Assembly (NCBI GenBank): GCA_964252035.1
Contig: OZ176200.1
Origin: Podarcis erhardii
Taxonomy: Eukaryota
Length of the DNA: 64,000 nt
Direction: 5' to 3' (one strand)
Shown: one piece after another, positions 1 through 10,182 of the stretch
Numbering within the stretch: the stretch's first letter is position 1
How the letters are laid out: each line of letters begins with the position of its first letter
Position numbers and translations under genes: made by a program
The notes under the pieces: generated by a model
Seen by the model: the letters and a program-made list of their open reading frames with translations, nothing else
What the model was told of the DNA's origin: nothing
The model's database searches: none

Positions 1-1403
1 CAAATATTTGTGCTTGTGTGTAAGTGATCTTCTTTCCTACTTTGTCCCAAAATTTCCTGTCCTCTAATTGTGTTGTAATGCATTTGCAATGTATTGCTCA
101 CATGGGTCTGTTGCTATAATTTTGCTGGAAATGACTCTAGATGGGTGTCCAAGATTTGTGACAACAGAAACTTACAAGTGTTTAATCTGGTGGATATTTC
201 CAGGAAGCTCACCACGAGGGTGTTTCACATAATGGTGGGGGTGGTAGAGCTGTGAGCTGGCTGAAGGCACCTTGAAGATACAGGACCTCTCTGGGAGGAT
301 CTGATGTACTGCCGTCTTGGAAAATTGCTGCTTTCTTTGTGCAGGTTTCTCCCTGAAATATTGCTGGCTCATGTGTTGTAAAAATAAATAAATACATTTT
401 TTCAAAAGCCACCCTCTGTATTCAGAAGGGGGCAGGGGCCCTTCCCAGTATACCTTCTGAGGGGGAAATCCCATTCCCGCTTACTCAACCTGTGAAATTT
501 CATGGGCAATTATCTAGCATGTGTACAAGATGACTAAAATAATACTTTTGGGTAATTTCATGAGGATAACTGATATTTCTAATTATATTAAATACATTAT
601 GTAAATAAGTATAATAATATAATACTTATCAAGGAATAGCTATGAAGTACAACTTCAGTACAAGCTCACCATGAATGAAGAAGAGCAAGCTGTCAACATT
701 TTTTTGCTCCCCTTAGTCTGACTAGCCTACAATAAATGGGCAGTGCATGTGTATGTTTTATTGCCATTGCAGCTGCTTCTAAATTTTCGGTGTCCTTTCA
801 TTTTATCTGCCCTAACTGTGTGTACACAGTCTTCCCTTCACCGTCTGTATCAGTTTCTCTGCCGAAGTCTGGCAAGTGTTATATGATTATTTTATCTCTC
901 ACTGTAAAGTGTTTTGAGAGACTTTGTATGAGAAGCAATATAAAAATAAATTGAATTGAACTATGGCTTCACCTCCTCACTTTTTAGCACAAAAAAACCT
1001 TTTAGTGCAAAATCTGTAATACTGTTGGGGAGGAGGAAGAGAGAGACAAGATTAAGAAGGCTGAGAAAAGGTGGCACAAGTTGACAGCACAACCATCGCA
1101 GGAGCAGTTTGGATTTTTCTCAGTTGGCTGTTGGTTGGGCTGGTATACACAGAGATGTGGGGCTCACTTTCCCCAATGCAATGAGGTGCTCTTGAGGACC
1201 ACAGCCAAACTGTGACATTAATAAGAACTCTTTTCACAGGAACCCATGGCTATTTCTGCAGTCATGGTGCACTCATAAGCCACCTTGGAGGTGTTCCCTC
1301 AGGTAAAATGTGGAAAGTTAGGTGCATTTGTATCAGTGATGTAGCATGTAACACAGGGGCAGCTGCCCTGGGTGCAAAATTGTTTGGGGGCGCAAAATTT
1401 CAA

Positions 1404-1800
1404 CACCCAGTTCTGCCTCAATACAGCTGTGCGCTTCTGTAACTGGACTCCATTGAAAATGGCTTCTCCATGCAAACCATGAAATGACCTCTCCAAAAAA
1501 TGGAGCAACTCTTCTTCTCTTATCTCTGCAGCTGCGATCTCCTGGGTGACACAGACGCCATTATACAGTTGAACGTGTATGTGTACTCCTTAGGCACTGA
1601 TGTGGTGCTGGATCCCAAAGTTTTGAGGGTACAGAATGTTGTCAGGAGCATCCTCAGTCCCTTGGAAGAGGTGGTGGCAGTGAAGAGCAAAGGCCAGCTT
1701 TAGGGCTGATTCCAAGCTTGCAGCCAGGGTGGGATCACCCATCCAGTGCTAGAGACCTACATCAAGGGAGAGTCTGTTTTCCCAGGGTCAATAAGTAATG
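1404..1800 (+). pseudogene. Unidentified decayed coding-like segment (possible processed pseudogene or TE ORF relic)
   Basis: One frame reads HPVLPQYSCALL*LDSIENGFSMQTMK*PLQKMEQLFFSYLCSCDLLGDTDAIIQLNVYVYSLGTDVVLDPKVLRVQNVVRSILSPLEEVVAVKSKGQL*G*FQACSQGGITHPVLETYIKGESVFPGS, with protein-like composition and many C/G-ending codons, interrupted by in-frame stops. No family recognised. Confidence 0.3.
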
Positions 1801-1954
1801 TCATGACCCTGATGCCACTGCCAAATGTTGCCTTGCATCTTCATTCTGAGTGGGGAGGGCAAAACAGGCATGCTCTCTTTTTTTGACCACTCAGTCAACA
1901 ACCTCTAAGATTAATGTTATCTGGTAAAGAGGGGATCCAAAATAAATTTGCCAT

Positions 1955-1975
1955 GGGGCGGGGGGACGGGACGGG
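1955..1975 (+). promoter_or_regulatory. Canonical G-quadruplex motif overlapping a GC box
   Basis: GGGG-C-GGGGGG-AC-GGG-AC-GGG: four G-tracts with 1-2 nt loops; contains GGGGCGGGG. Confidence 0.5.
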
Positions 1976-2731
1976 ACTCAAGAATGTGAAACACTGATCT
2001 TGCCACATTTATTAGAAGAGGAAGCGGAGCCTTAATCTGTCATACAGAATTCCAGGGAAGTTGAGCAAACTCAGATCTCTTTTCTAAAGACTTAGTGAGA
2101 CAACGAGCTCTTTGCAAACATACACCAAAATGTACAGATTGCAATTCAGCTTAAATGAATACTTGGGATTTCTTATCTTCTAGAGTTTAGGCTGTTAGGT
2201 TGCTTTAAGTTTATGGATGTCTGCATTTCTAATCCCATTCTTCCTCCAAGACATTACAAGACGTTAGGTAGTATATCCTAATACTAGGTGGTATAGTCAG
2301 CATTAGTTAGTATATCCAATGGAATATCTGAAGCATTACAGGAGATACATATCTATATGGGATAGTATTAAATGCTATTTCACTCAGAGTAGACCCACTG
2401 AAGTTAATAAACTTGACTTAGGTTCTGAGTAGGACTTAATTGAATACAACCCATGGTTCCACCTTGTTTTGTCAGCATATCAACCCTCTGTGAGTGATAA
2501 TGACTGACTCCAGATCACCCAGTAACCTTCATAACAATCCTAAATGCAGTTGCAGAGCCATAAGGTGACTGACTGACTGACGCTTCCAAAGTTCTGCCCA
2601 CTTGTGTCAGTCAGAGCAGGACGTCATGTGGGTCTGGGTGGTGGTGGTGGTGAAGGGGACAGAAAGAAACTAAAACCAGTGGACACTGGACACCTCAGCC
2701 CAGAGAGAGTGGAGACAAGTGAAGGGTGCTG

Positions 2732-2773
2732 CTTCTCCTTCTGGTCTTGTTTACCTGTCCTCTACAGGTAAGT
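2732..2773 (+). promoter_or_regulatory. Juxtaposed 3' and 5' splice-site motif (Y-tract-TACAG|GTAAGT): first-exon donor or recursive splice site
   Basis: 27 of 32 pyrimidines at 2732-2763, no AG between 2725 and 2765, AG at 2766-2767, then consensus GTAAGT at 2768-2773. Confidence 0.45.
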
Positions 2774-2853
2774 GATGAGAGCAACAGTGAGGAAGAGAAG
2801 GAGCAAGGTCATGTGGTTTACAGTGTTTGTTGTTGTTGTTTCACTTGCTGTTA

Positions 2854-3040
2854 CAGTGGTACCTCCGGTTGCAGACGGGATCTGTTCCAGAGGTCCGGTC
2901 AGATCCTGAGGTTTCTGCAACCCAAGGACTGCTTCTATGTATGTGCATGCAGCGAAACCCAGTAAAATACTTCCGGGTTTGCTGTGCGTGCATCCCGAAG
3001 TTTATGTAACCAGAGGGTTACGTAAACAGAGGTACACCTC
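2854..3040. mobile_element. Tc1/mariner (Tigger/pogo-like) MITE
   Basis: TA-CAGTGGTACCTCCGGTT left end; degenerate right end GAGGTACACCTC-TA; TA flanks at 2852-2853 and 3041-3042. Confidence 0.7.
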
Positions 3041-3206
3041 TATTACAGACATGGAAGGGGAGGGGAAGCCCCAGTATCAGAAGATGAAAGCAACTGTCCA
3101 GAATCAAACCTTTTTTAAAAAATGTTATTAGCCAACATTGTTTCACTATGAAAATTCAGTTTTTCCATATGTGGCAGTTCTGATTTTACAAGCCTATTAG
3201 CGGAAG

Positions 3207-3211
<5 letters not shown>

Positions 3212-3251
<40 letters not shown>
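3212..3251 (+). repeat. (AC)20 microsatellite
   Basis: Direct reading. Confidence 0.97.
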
Positions 3252-3254
<3 letters not shown>

Positions 3255-3396
3255 AAACAACATACCCCTATTTCTCATATTTCCCAGCCTCCAAAATCTT
3301 TCCATTTGGTTAAAATGCAAATATGCTTCAGTCCTTTTCTCCCTCGGCTTGCAAATCTCTTGACACCACCCTAGGTATAATTAGTATAAGCAGGGA

Positions 3397-3398
<2 letters not shown>

Positions 3399-3434
<36 letters not shown>
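3399..3434 (+). repeat. (TG)18 microsatellite
   Basis: Direct reading. Confidence 0.97.
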
Positions 3435-3435
<1 letters not shown>

Positions 3436-4080
3436 TGGTTGCTCAACAGTAATGACTGCTGTTATAGCAGCTCACAGAACGAGAGATATATGATATTGCA
3501 TATTATGTCAACGAATTACAAACATGCTTCATTTCTTCATTAGATAATGTTTATTTATAGCACAATATATATTTACCTCCACTGTACCATTAAAGTTTTG
3601 ACTGCTTTTTTAACTATAAAATTTGATATTGTAGTGGCAGCTGCACTCCTCAAATGATTGCTGTAGTACAGCTGTTATCAAAGAATGAGATTTATAGCCA
3701 CCCTACATGGTGTAAAGATATGTGCATATTTACTTTGTTTTTATTACTTGCGTCCTATATTTTAATGACACAAGGTGGGATGAAATAGCACAATAATAAA
3801 TTTTTGAAGGTTGGGAAGCGAGTGAGAAAATGGATCAATTCGGTAGAAAGGGCGAGTTGTGTTTAATTGTGTTTTGTGAAAATTGTAATATAAGTAAGGT
3901 TGTTCTCCCAAACAGGCATAGCTTCTCATCTGAAATAACTTGCAATCTATTTGCTTAGGAGAACTTTTTTCATGTCAAGGGCCACATTCCCTTCTGGACA
4001 ATCTCCTGAGGGCCGTAAGATGGGTGGGAAGTGGGTGGAGCAATGGATGCAAATGTTTCCTTTACAGAATAGGCAAGCTG

Positions 4081-4082
<2 letters not shown>

Positions 4083-4126
<44 letters not shown>
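4083..4126 (+). repeat. (AC)22 microsatellite
   Basis: Direct reading. Confidence 0.97.
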
Positions 4127-4131
<5 letters not shown>

Positions 4132-4574
4132 CCCCCACTGCTTAAGCAACAGTGTGGCTATTCTGACACATGCCAGCTAAACTTGTCACAGGCTACTCAA
4201 AGTGGGCATGAACTTTTCAGTGAATGCGCATAGGTCCTGTTCACTACCATTCAGAGCAGACTAATTCGATCCAAGAGGTTTGGCCAAGGCCTTCATTTGC
4301 TTCCCTGCCTGGGAGAGGCTGCGCGCGGCTAAGGCTCCCCCAAGAGCCATGCTCCCTTTAAAGAGCCACGTGGAGTGTGTGTGCAGCTCTTGGGGGCTTT
4401 TCCTGAGGAGGGAGAAGCGCAGCCCACATGCTCCACGCGGCTCTTTAAAGGGAGCCCTGACAGAGCCTCCTGCCTGCATTCACTGCATAAGATGCACACA
4501 CATTTCCCCTTACTTTTTAGGAGGGGAAAAGTGTGTCTTATAGAGCAAAAAATACGGTACATACTCAAGGTCAG

Positions 4575-4672
4575 AGATTCATAGAGTTGGAAGGGATCGT
4601 GAGGGTCCTCTAGTCCAACCTCCTGCAATGCTGGAATCTTTTGCCCAATGGGGTTTGAACCCACAACCCTAA
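4575..4672 (-). mobile_element. SINE fragment with CR1-type 3' end
   Basis: CATAGAGTTGGAAGGGA...CTAGTCCAACC...CTGCAATGC block, shared with the copy at 28022-28160. Confidence 0.6.
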
Positions 4673-5238
4673 GACCATCCTAGAATCTCCCATTCAAAAG
4701 CTCAAGCAATAGGTGACCTGAAAGATTCCTTACCTGAAGCCTAAAAGAGCCAGTCAAAGTAGACCGGAGGTGATTACACTGGTCAACAACAAATTTGGTG
4801 TCTGCGTTTTTTCAGTTGATTTAGGACGAATCTGATGCGCTGAATCCAAAAATCACATTGGTTTTGCTCAATCAGGTCAAGTTTTGTTCACATGTACGCT
4901 TGTGTGGAACATTTTAGAAGAAGTTGGTGGGGGTAAAATGCCATGTCGAATAATTGTTTTGATTGTAAATGATTATTTTAATGACAAGAAGTATTCAGGT
5001 CCGATAGTTCTGGGTGATTATGTCAAAAAGGGATCAGTTTGAAGTCATAAAACCTCGAAATCTTCCATAAATTGGTGCACAAGTTTCATAAGGCGTGCTT
5101 ACCATGCTTATTTTGGTATTAAACTTGGTGACCAGGATAAAGCTTGGGCACCACACATGGTGTGTAAGGCATGCACCGAGACTCTACATGGGTGGACCAA
5201 TGGCAAGAGGAGTCTGAACTGTGGAATTCCCATGGTTT

Positions 5239-7330
5239 TTTTTTTTTTTTTTTTTTTTTATAAATATTTATTAAGGTTTTTTTTAAAATATAAATGCACA
5301 CATAAAACAATCTTACTTTTATAACAACAAATTCTTCACTTCTTTGGACTCCCTCACGTCCCCCTCTCCCATTTACATCATTAAAAAAAAATTTTTCCAA
5401 ACAAATTATCAACTTGTTTACAATCTCATGTCCACACATTCCAATATGATTTAACACTTTTTCCAATAAAATTTTTATATTTTCTTTAGTCTCACTTATC
5501 ATCAAATTTAAATCTAGTTTAGTGGTGGCCAGTTTTTTATAATCTAGCATCCTTCTTAACATTCAAACAAATTACAATGTTTTTGTAGATACATCTTGAA
5601 TTTCTCCCAGTCTTCCTCCATCTTTTCTTCTCCCAGATCTCGGATTCTGCCAGTCATCTCGGCCAGTTGCATATAGTCCATCAGCTGCATCTGCCACTCT
5701 TCCAGTGTGGGTAAATCTTGAGTTTTCCAATTTTTTGCGATGAGAATCCTTGCTGCCGTTGTTGCATACATGAAAAATGTTCGATCCTTCTTTAACACCT
5801 TCTGGCCGACAATACCCAGAAGGAAGGCCTCTGGTTTCTTAGTGAAGGTATACTTAAATACCTTTTTCAGCTCATTGTATATCATTTCCCAGAAGGCCTT
5901 CACCTTAGGGCATGTCCACCAGAGGTGGAAGAATGTTCCTTCATTTTCTTTACATTTCCAACATTTATTGTCAGACGAATGGTATATTTTGGCAAGTTTA
6001 ACTGGGGTCATGTACCATCTATATATCATTTTCATAACATTTTCCTTCAGAGCATTACATGCAGTGAAGTTCAACCCAGTGGTCCACAACCTTTCCCAGT
6101 CCTCAAACATAATGTTATGCCCAATATCCTGTGCCCATTTTATCATAGCCGATTTAACCATTTCGTCTTGTGTGTTCCATTTTAGCAGCAAGTTATACAT
6201 TCTAGATAGTACCTTGGTTTTGGGTTCTAACAATTCTGTTTCTAACTTCGATTTCTCCACCTGGAACCCTAACTTTTTGTCATTTTTAAAAACTTCTTTA
6301 ATCTGAGCATAATGTAACCAGTCTCGCACCTTATCCTTCATTTTCTCCAAACTCTGCAATTTCCAATTGTCTCCATCTTTTTCTAATAATTCCCAATATT
6401 TTGGCCATTTGGCCTCCATATTGGGTCTTTTTCGGGCCTTAGCCTCCAGAGGTGAGAGCCACCTTGGAGTTTTGTTTTCCAATAAGTCTTTATATTTCGT
6501 CCAGACATTGAACAGTGCTTTCCTGACAATATGGTTCTTAAAGGCCTTATTGATCTTAACTTTGTCATACCATAAGTATGCATGCCAACCAAAAGCATTG
6601 TTAAAACCTTCCAAATCCAGCACGTCAGTGTCTTCGAGAAGTAGCCAATCTTTTAGCCAGCAGAAAGCTGCGGCTTCATAGTACAACTTTAAGTCTGGCA
6701 GGGCAAAGCCACCTCTTTCTTTCGCATCTGTTAATATCTTAAACTTAATTCTGGGCTTTTTGCCCTGCCAGACAAATTTAGATATATCTTTCTGCCACTT
6801 CCGGAAGCACTCCGTTTTGTCCACAATCTGTAATGTTTGAAACAAAAACAACATTTTTGGCAATACATTCATCTTAATAGCAGCAATTCGGCCTAACAAA
6901 GAAAGCTTCAATTTTGTCCAACTATCCAAGTCTCTCTTAATTTCAGACCAACATTTTTCATAATTATCCTTAAATAGGCTCAGGTTTTTTACTGTTATGT
7001 TTACCCCTAGGTATTTTACTTTTTTAACCATAGTTAGTTCTGTTTCTCTCTGAAACCGTTCCGACTCTATATCTGTCAAATTTTTCCCCAACACTTTAGT
7101 TTTCTGTTTGTTTAGTTTAAATCCCGCCACCCGACCAAAATCCTGTATCAATTGTAATACTCTTTTCGTACTAGACTCTGGCTCCTGCAGGGTCAAAACT
7201 AGGTCATCTGCAAAAGCTTTCAATTTATATTGTTTCGCTCCGACCTGAATCCCTTCCACCAACCGGTCCCCTCTGATCAAGTTCAAAAGCACCTCCAGAA
7301 CCGAAATAAATAACAAAGGGGAAATCGGGC
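5239..7330 (-). mobile_element. 5'-truncated L1 LINE, young insertion
   Basis: 13-bp TSD ATTCCCATGGTTT (5226-5238 and 7331-7343). PolyA tail (T-run 5236-5259) preceded by AATAAA (5267-5272, minus strand). ~300-nt 3' UTR with a G-rich tract. Open ORF2 remnant. Confidence 0.95.
5556..7330 (-). CDS. L1 ORF2 C-terminal ~591 codons (RT motif B onward plus Cys-rich domain); no native start
   Basis: CPISPLLF (the QGCPLSP RT motif, cut at the truncation point), FADD catalytic motif, KYLG, and CWKCKENEGTFFHLWWTC zinc knuckle. No stop or frameshift before TAA at 5556-5558. The ORF-track start at 7358 lies outside the insertion. Confidence 0.9.
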
Positions 7331-9936
7331 ATTCCCATGGTTTGGAGGGAGCCGACAAACCATGTCACTGACTGCTACTTCTGTGCTGTTGATGTGACTG
7401 GGATCAACAGAAAGAACCAGAGCAGCCTCAAGTATCCTGATCTTCAATCAGCACATCGTCCTGTAGCTCATTGTGATGAAATTCCAGTGCCTATCTTCAG
7501 AGAGCTTCCTGACATTAGTGACGAAGATGCCTCCAGTGTTGAAGGACATGAAGAAGAAGAAGTGGTTCTTGAAGATAATGCTCCACATCCATTTTCCCAA
7601 AAGGAGTTGAATGATCTAGTTCGCGACCTCAGCTTGTCAAAGGACTCTGCCGAACTGTTGGCATCCAGATTGAAGGAAAAAAACCTCCTCTCTGACAGTG
7701 CTCGAATCAGCTTCTTCCGCAACAGGCATCAAGAGTACCTCCGTTTTTTTCTCGGAAGAGAAGGACTTGGTGTACTGTGCAGATATTGCGCAGCTTCTGC
7801 TCAAGCTTGGAGTGCCACAGTACGAACCCAAAGACTGGAGACTGTTCATTGACAGCAGAAAGTGATCACTGAAATGTGTTCTGCTACACAACGGCATCCA
7901 GTTTGCCTCTATACCCATGGCTCACTCGACTACACTGAAGGAGAAATATGAAGCGGTGAAGTATGTGCTGGAGAAAATTGGTTATGATCAGCATAAGTGG
8001 TTTATTTGTGTTGACCTGAAGATGGTGAACTTTTTGTTGGGACAACAGTCTGGCTTCACCAAGTACTCATGTTTTCTGTGCATGTGGGATAGTAGGGACC
8101 GTGCTCAGCATTACACAAAGAAGGACTGACCTGTGCGGGAGGAATTGGTGCCTTGCAAAAAAAGGAACATCATCAATGACCCTCTGGTGGACAGAGACAG
8201 AATACTCTTCCCACCGTTGCACATCAAGCTCGGCTTAATCAAGCAGTTCACCAAGGCACTGGACAAGGATGGTGACTGCTTCACTTACTTATGCCAGGCT
8301 TTTCCAGGATTGACCATGGAGAAGTTGAAAGCTGGCATCTTTGACGGTCCTCAGATCCATCAGCTCATCAAAGATCCAGAGTTCGGAAAGTCAATGAACG
8401 AAGTGGAACTGGAAGCGTGGAAGGCATTTGTTCTGGTAGTGAAGAACTTTCTTGGCAACAATAAGGCCAGAAACTACGCAGAACTTGTCAACAACATGCT
8501 GACTGCTTTCAGAAACCTGGGCTGCAACATGAGCGTCAAGATGCACTACCTATTTTCACATATGGACCAGTTTCCTGAGAACCTGGGTTCAATGAGTGAC
8601 GAGCAGGGGGAGAGATTCCATCAGAACATGAAAGAGATGGAGGCCAGGTATCAGGGTTGCTGGGATGCAGTCATGATGGCTAGTCTGAAGAGAGACCTCC
8701 CTGCCACTGAGCATTCCAGGAGTTCCAAGAAATGGAAGTTCAAGCCCTGAAGTTTGAAAAATGGTGAAGCAACATGCAATTTATGTGTACTTACCTTTAT
8801 CGATGCCCACCATTCAGCTTACAGTAATCGATGTTTCTATCAGGTAATCAATATATGTTGCTGGGAAAACATTTTTTTCTCTTAAAAACATATTTAGGAT
8901 GGTATGTGTTGACAAAAATCAGCTGATAATGCCACAAAAATGTAATCGATTTTGTCACAAGATCTCATTTTTTTCAAATCAACATAGCACAAAAACCTGA
9001 CCTGATGGAGAGAAACGGATGCCATTTCCTGATTCAGCAGTGCAAAAATACTCTAAATCATTTGTAGAAATCTAGACAACATTCAAAAAGTAAAAAATTG
9101 TTGCCCAGTGTTATCATAGTGGCATTCAGATACTGTTGGACTACAACTCTCAGCAGCCCCAGCCAGCATGACCAATGGTCAGAGATGATAGGAGCCGAGT
9201 CCAGCAACATCTTGGGAGCACCAAGTTGCCCACCATTGGAGTAGACAATACTGAAGCAGAGAAAGCAATAATCAGACTACATATAAAGCTGCTTTATATG
9301 CTTATTCCTAGGACTTGTATTTCTATTAGGATATATTTTTGGGGAGGGGCAGGGGAATTAAAATCAAGCACAAGCTTTTTATTCAAAGTCTGGAAGACCA
9401 TTGTTCTAACTGCGTAAGGCCACTGGTATATGCTTGCAATGTATGAAATCTGGATGTCTTAAGCTTCAGTGGACACAAACCAGGCGCAGCACTCCTGCTA
9501 TAAAATGTTTTTTATATCACCTGTTGGGGTAATTTTGCCAGAGCATAAAGACAAAACAAGCAGTGGTAAAAAAGATAGAGAGTAAGTAGCAGGAAAAATG
9601 TTAAAATAACACCAGCAGTGAAGCACTAAAGCTGTAAAAGTGAAGGGAAATTTGAGTTAAAGAATAGGAAAATATTTATACCACTGTTCTCTTGTGGCTA
9701 GTCTTTACTACACAGGCCCTCAGGCACTGTGCTGGAAGCATCCGATGGTACGTTCAAGTGCTGGCCATTTCTTTTTAGAAAAGATCATAGTATGTGCAAC
9801 TGAAATGCCTTGGCAGAGTAGAATGAATCCATTCCTTCCGTTTCTGGGGTGGACCCCTCAGGTTGTGGCTAGGACTCTCTGAGCACATAACTCAATCAAT
9901 AAATCATTTTATTTATTTGCCGCCTTTCCAAAGTTA

Positions 9937-10182
9937 GAAGAAGAGTTTGGATTTGATATCCTGCTTTATCACTACCCGAAGGAGTCTCAAAGAGGCTAAC
10001 ATTCCCCTTTCCTTTCCTTCACCGCAACAAACACTCTGTGAGGTGAGTGGGGCTGAGAGACTTCAGAGAAGTGTGACTAGCCCAAGGTCACCCAGCAGCT
10101 GCATGTGGAGGAGCGGAGACGCAAACCCGGTTCCCCAGATTACGAATCTACCGCTCTTAACCACTATACCACACTGGCTCTC
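9937..10182 (-). mobile_element. Full-length tRNA-headed CORE-SINE, Squam3-type (TTC tail)
   Basis: On the minus strand: tRNA-like head with A box TGGTATAGTGG, CORE-like CTGGGTGACCTTGGGCTAGTCAC, L2-like 3' end and CTCTTCTTC tail. Near-identical copy at 19033-19269. Inserted into an older L2-type tail. Confidence 0.85.

Larger units (their letters stand above)
5079..8750 (+). pseudogene. Chapaev3 transposase, disrupted (5079-5238 + 7344-8750)
   Basis: TSFIRRAYHAYFGIKLGDQDKAWAPHMVCKAC...GIPMV|WREPTNHVTDCYFC continues across the L1. Later motifs: WRLFIDS, CVDLKMV, CFLC, PPLHIKLG, KAGIFDGPQI, KMHYLFSH, SDEQGERFHQ. Lesions: L1 insertion, +1 frameshift in the T-run 7744-7750, TGA at 7863-7865 and 8127-8129, N-terminus apparently deleted. 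Confidence 0.88.
4777..9110 (+). mobile_element. Chapaev3 DNA transposon (CMC superfamily), ~2.2 kb after removing the nested L1
   Basis: TIR CACTGGTCAACAA (4777-4789) vs reverse complement of the right end CACTGGGCAACAA (12/13). 3-bp TSD TTA at 4774-4776 and 9111-9113. Subterminal inverted blocks 4839-4885 / 8992-9038 (36/47). Internal transposase remnant. Confidence 0.88.
4765..9238. mobile_element. Old palindromic hAT-type MITE (~137 bp when rejoined: 4765-4776 + 9114-9238), split by the Chapaev3 insertion
   Basis: 8-bp TSD AAGTAGAC (4757-4764) / GAGTAGAC (9239-9246), 7/8 identical. The rejoined left arm aligns without gaps (24/42) to the reverse complement of the right arm. The core GGACTACAACTC...CCAGCCAGCATGACCAATGG is shared with other MITE copies in the window. 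Confidence 0.75.

Noticed and set aside
3940-4233. ORFs with poly-HT, poly-VC, poly-N or poly-Y tracts (also 40167-40555 and 55074-55408)
   Set aside because: These are translations of microsatellites.
4728-4760. 7-nt minus-strand micro-exon CTCTTTTAG|GCTTCAG|GTAAGG
   Set aside because: It is not frame-preserving, its acceptor region abuts the MITE TSD, and there is no independent support.
5119-6681. Long ORFs 5119-5562(-), 5740-6306(+) and 6367-6681(+)
   Set aside because: They are shadow frames of the L1 ORF2, its 3' UTR/polyA and the antisense transposase.
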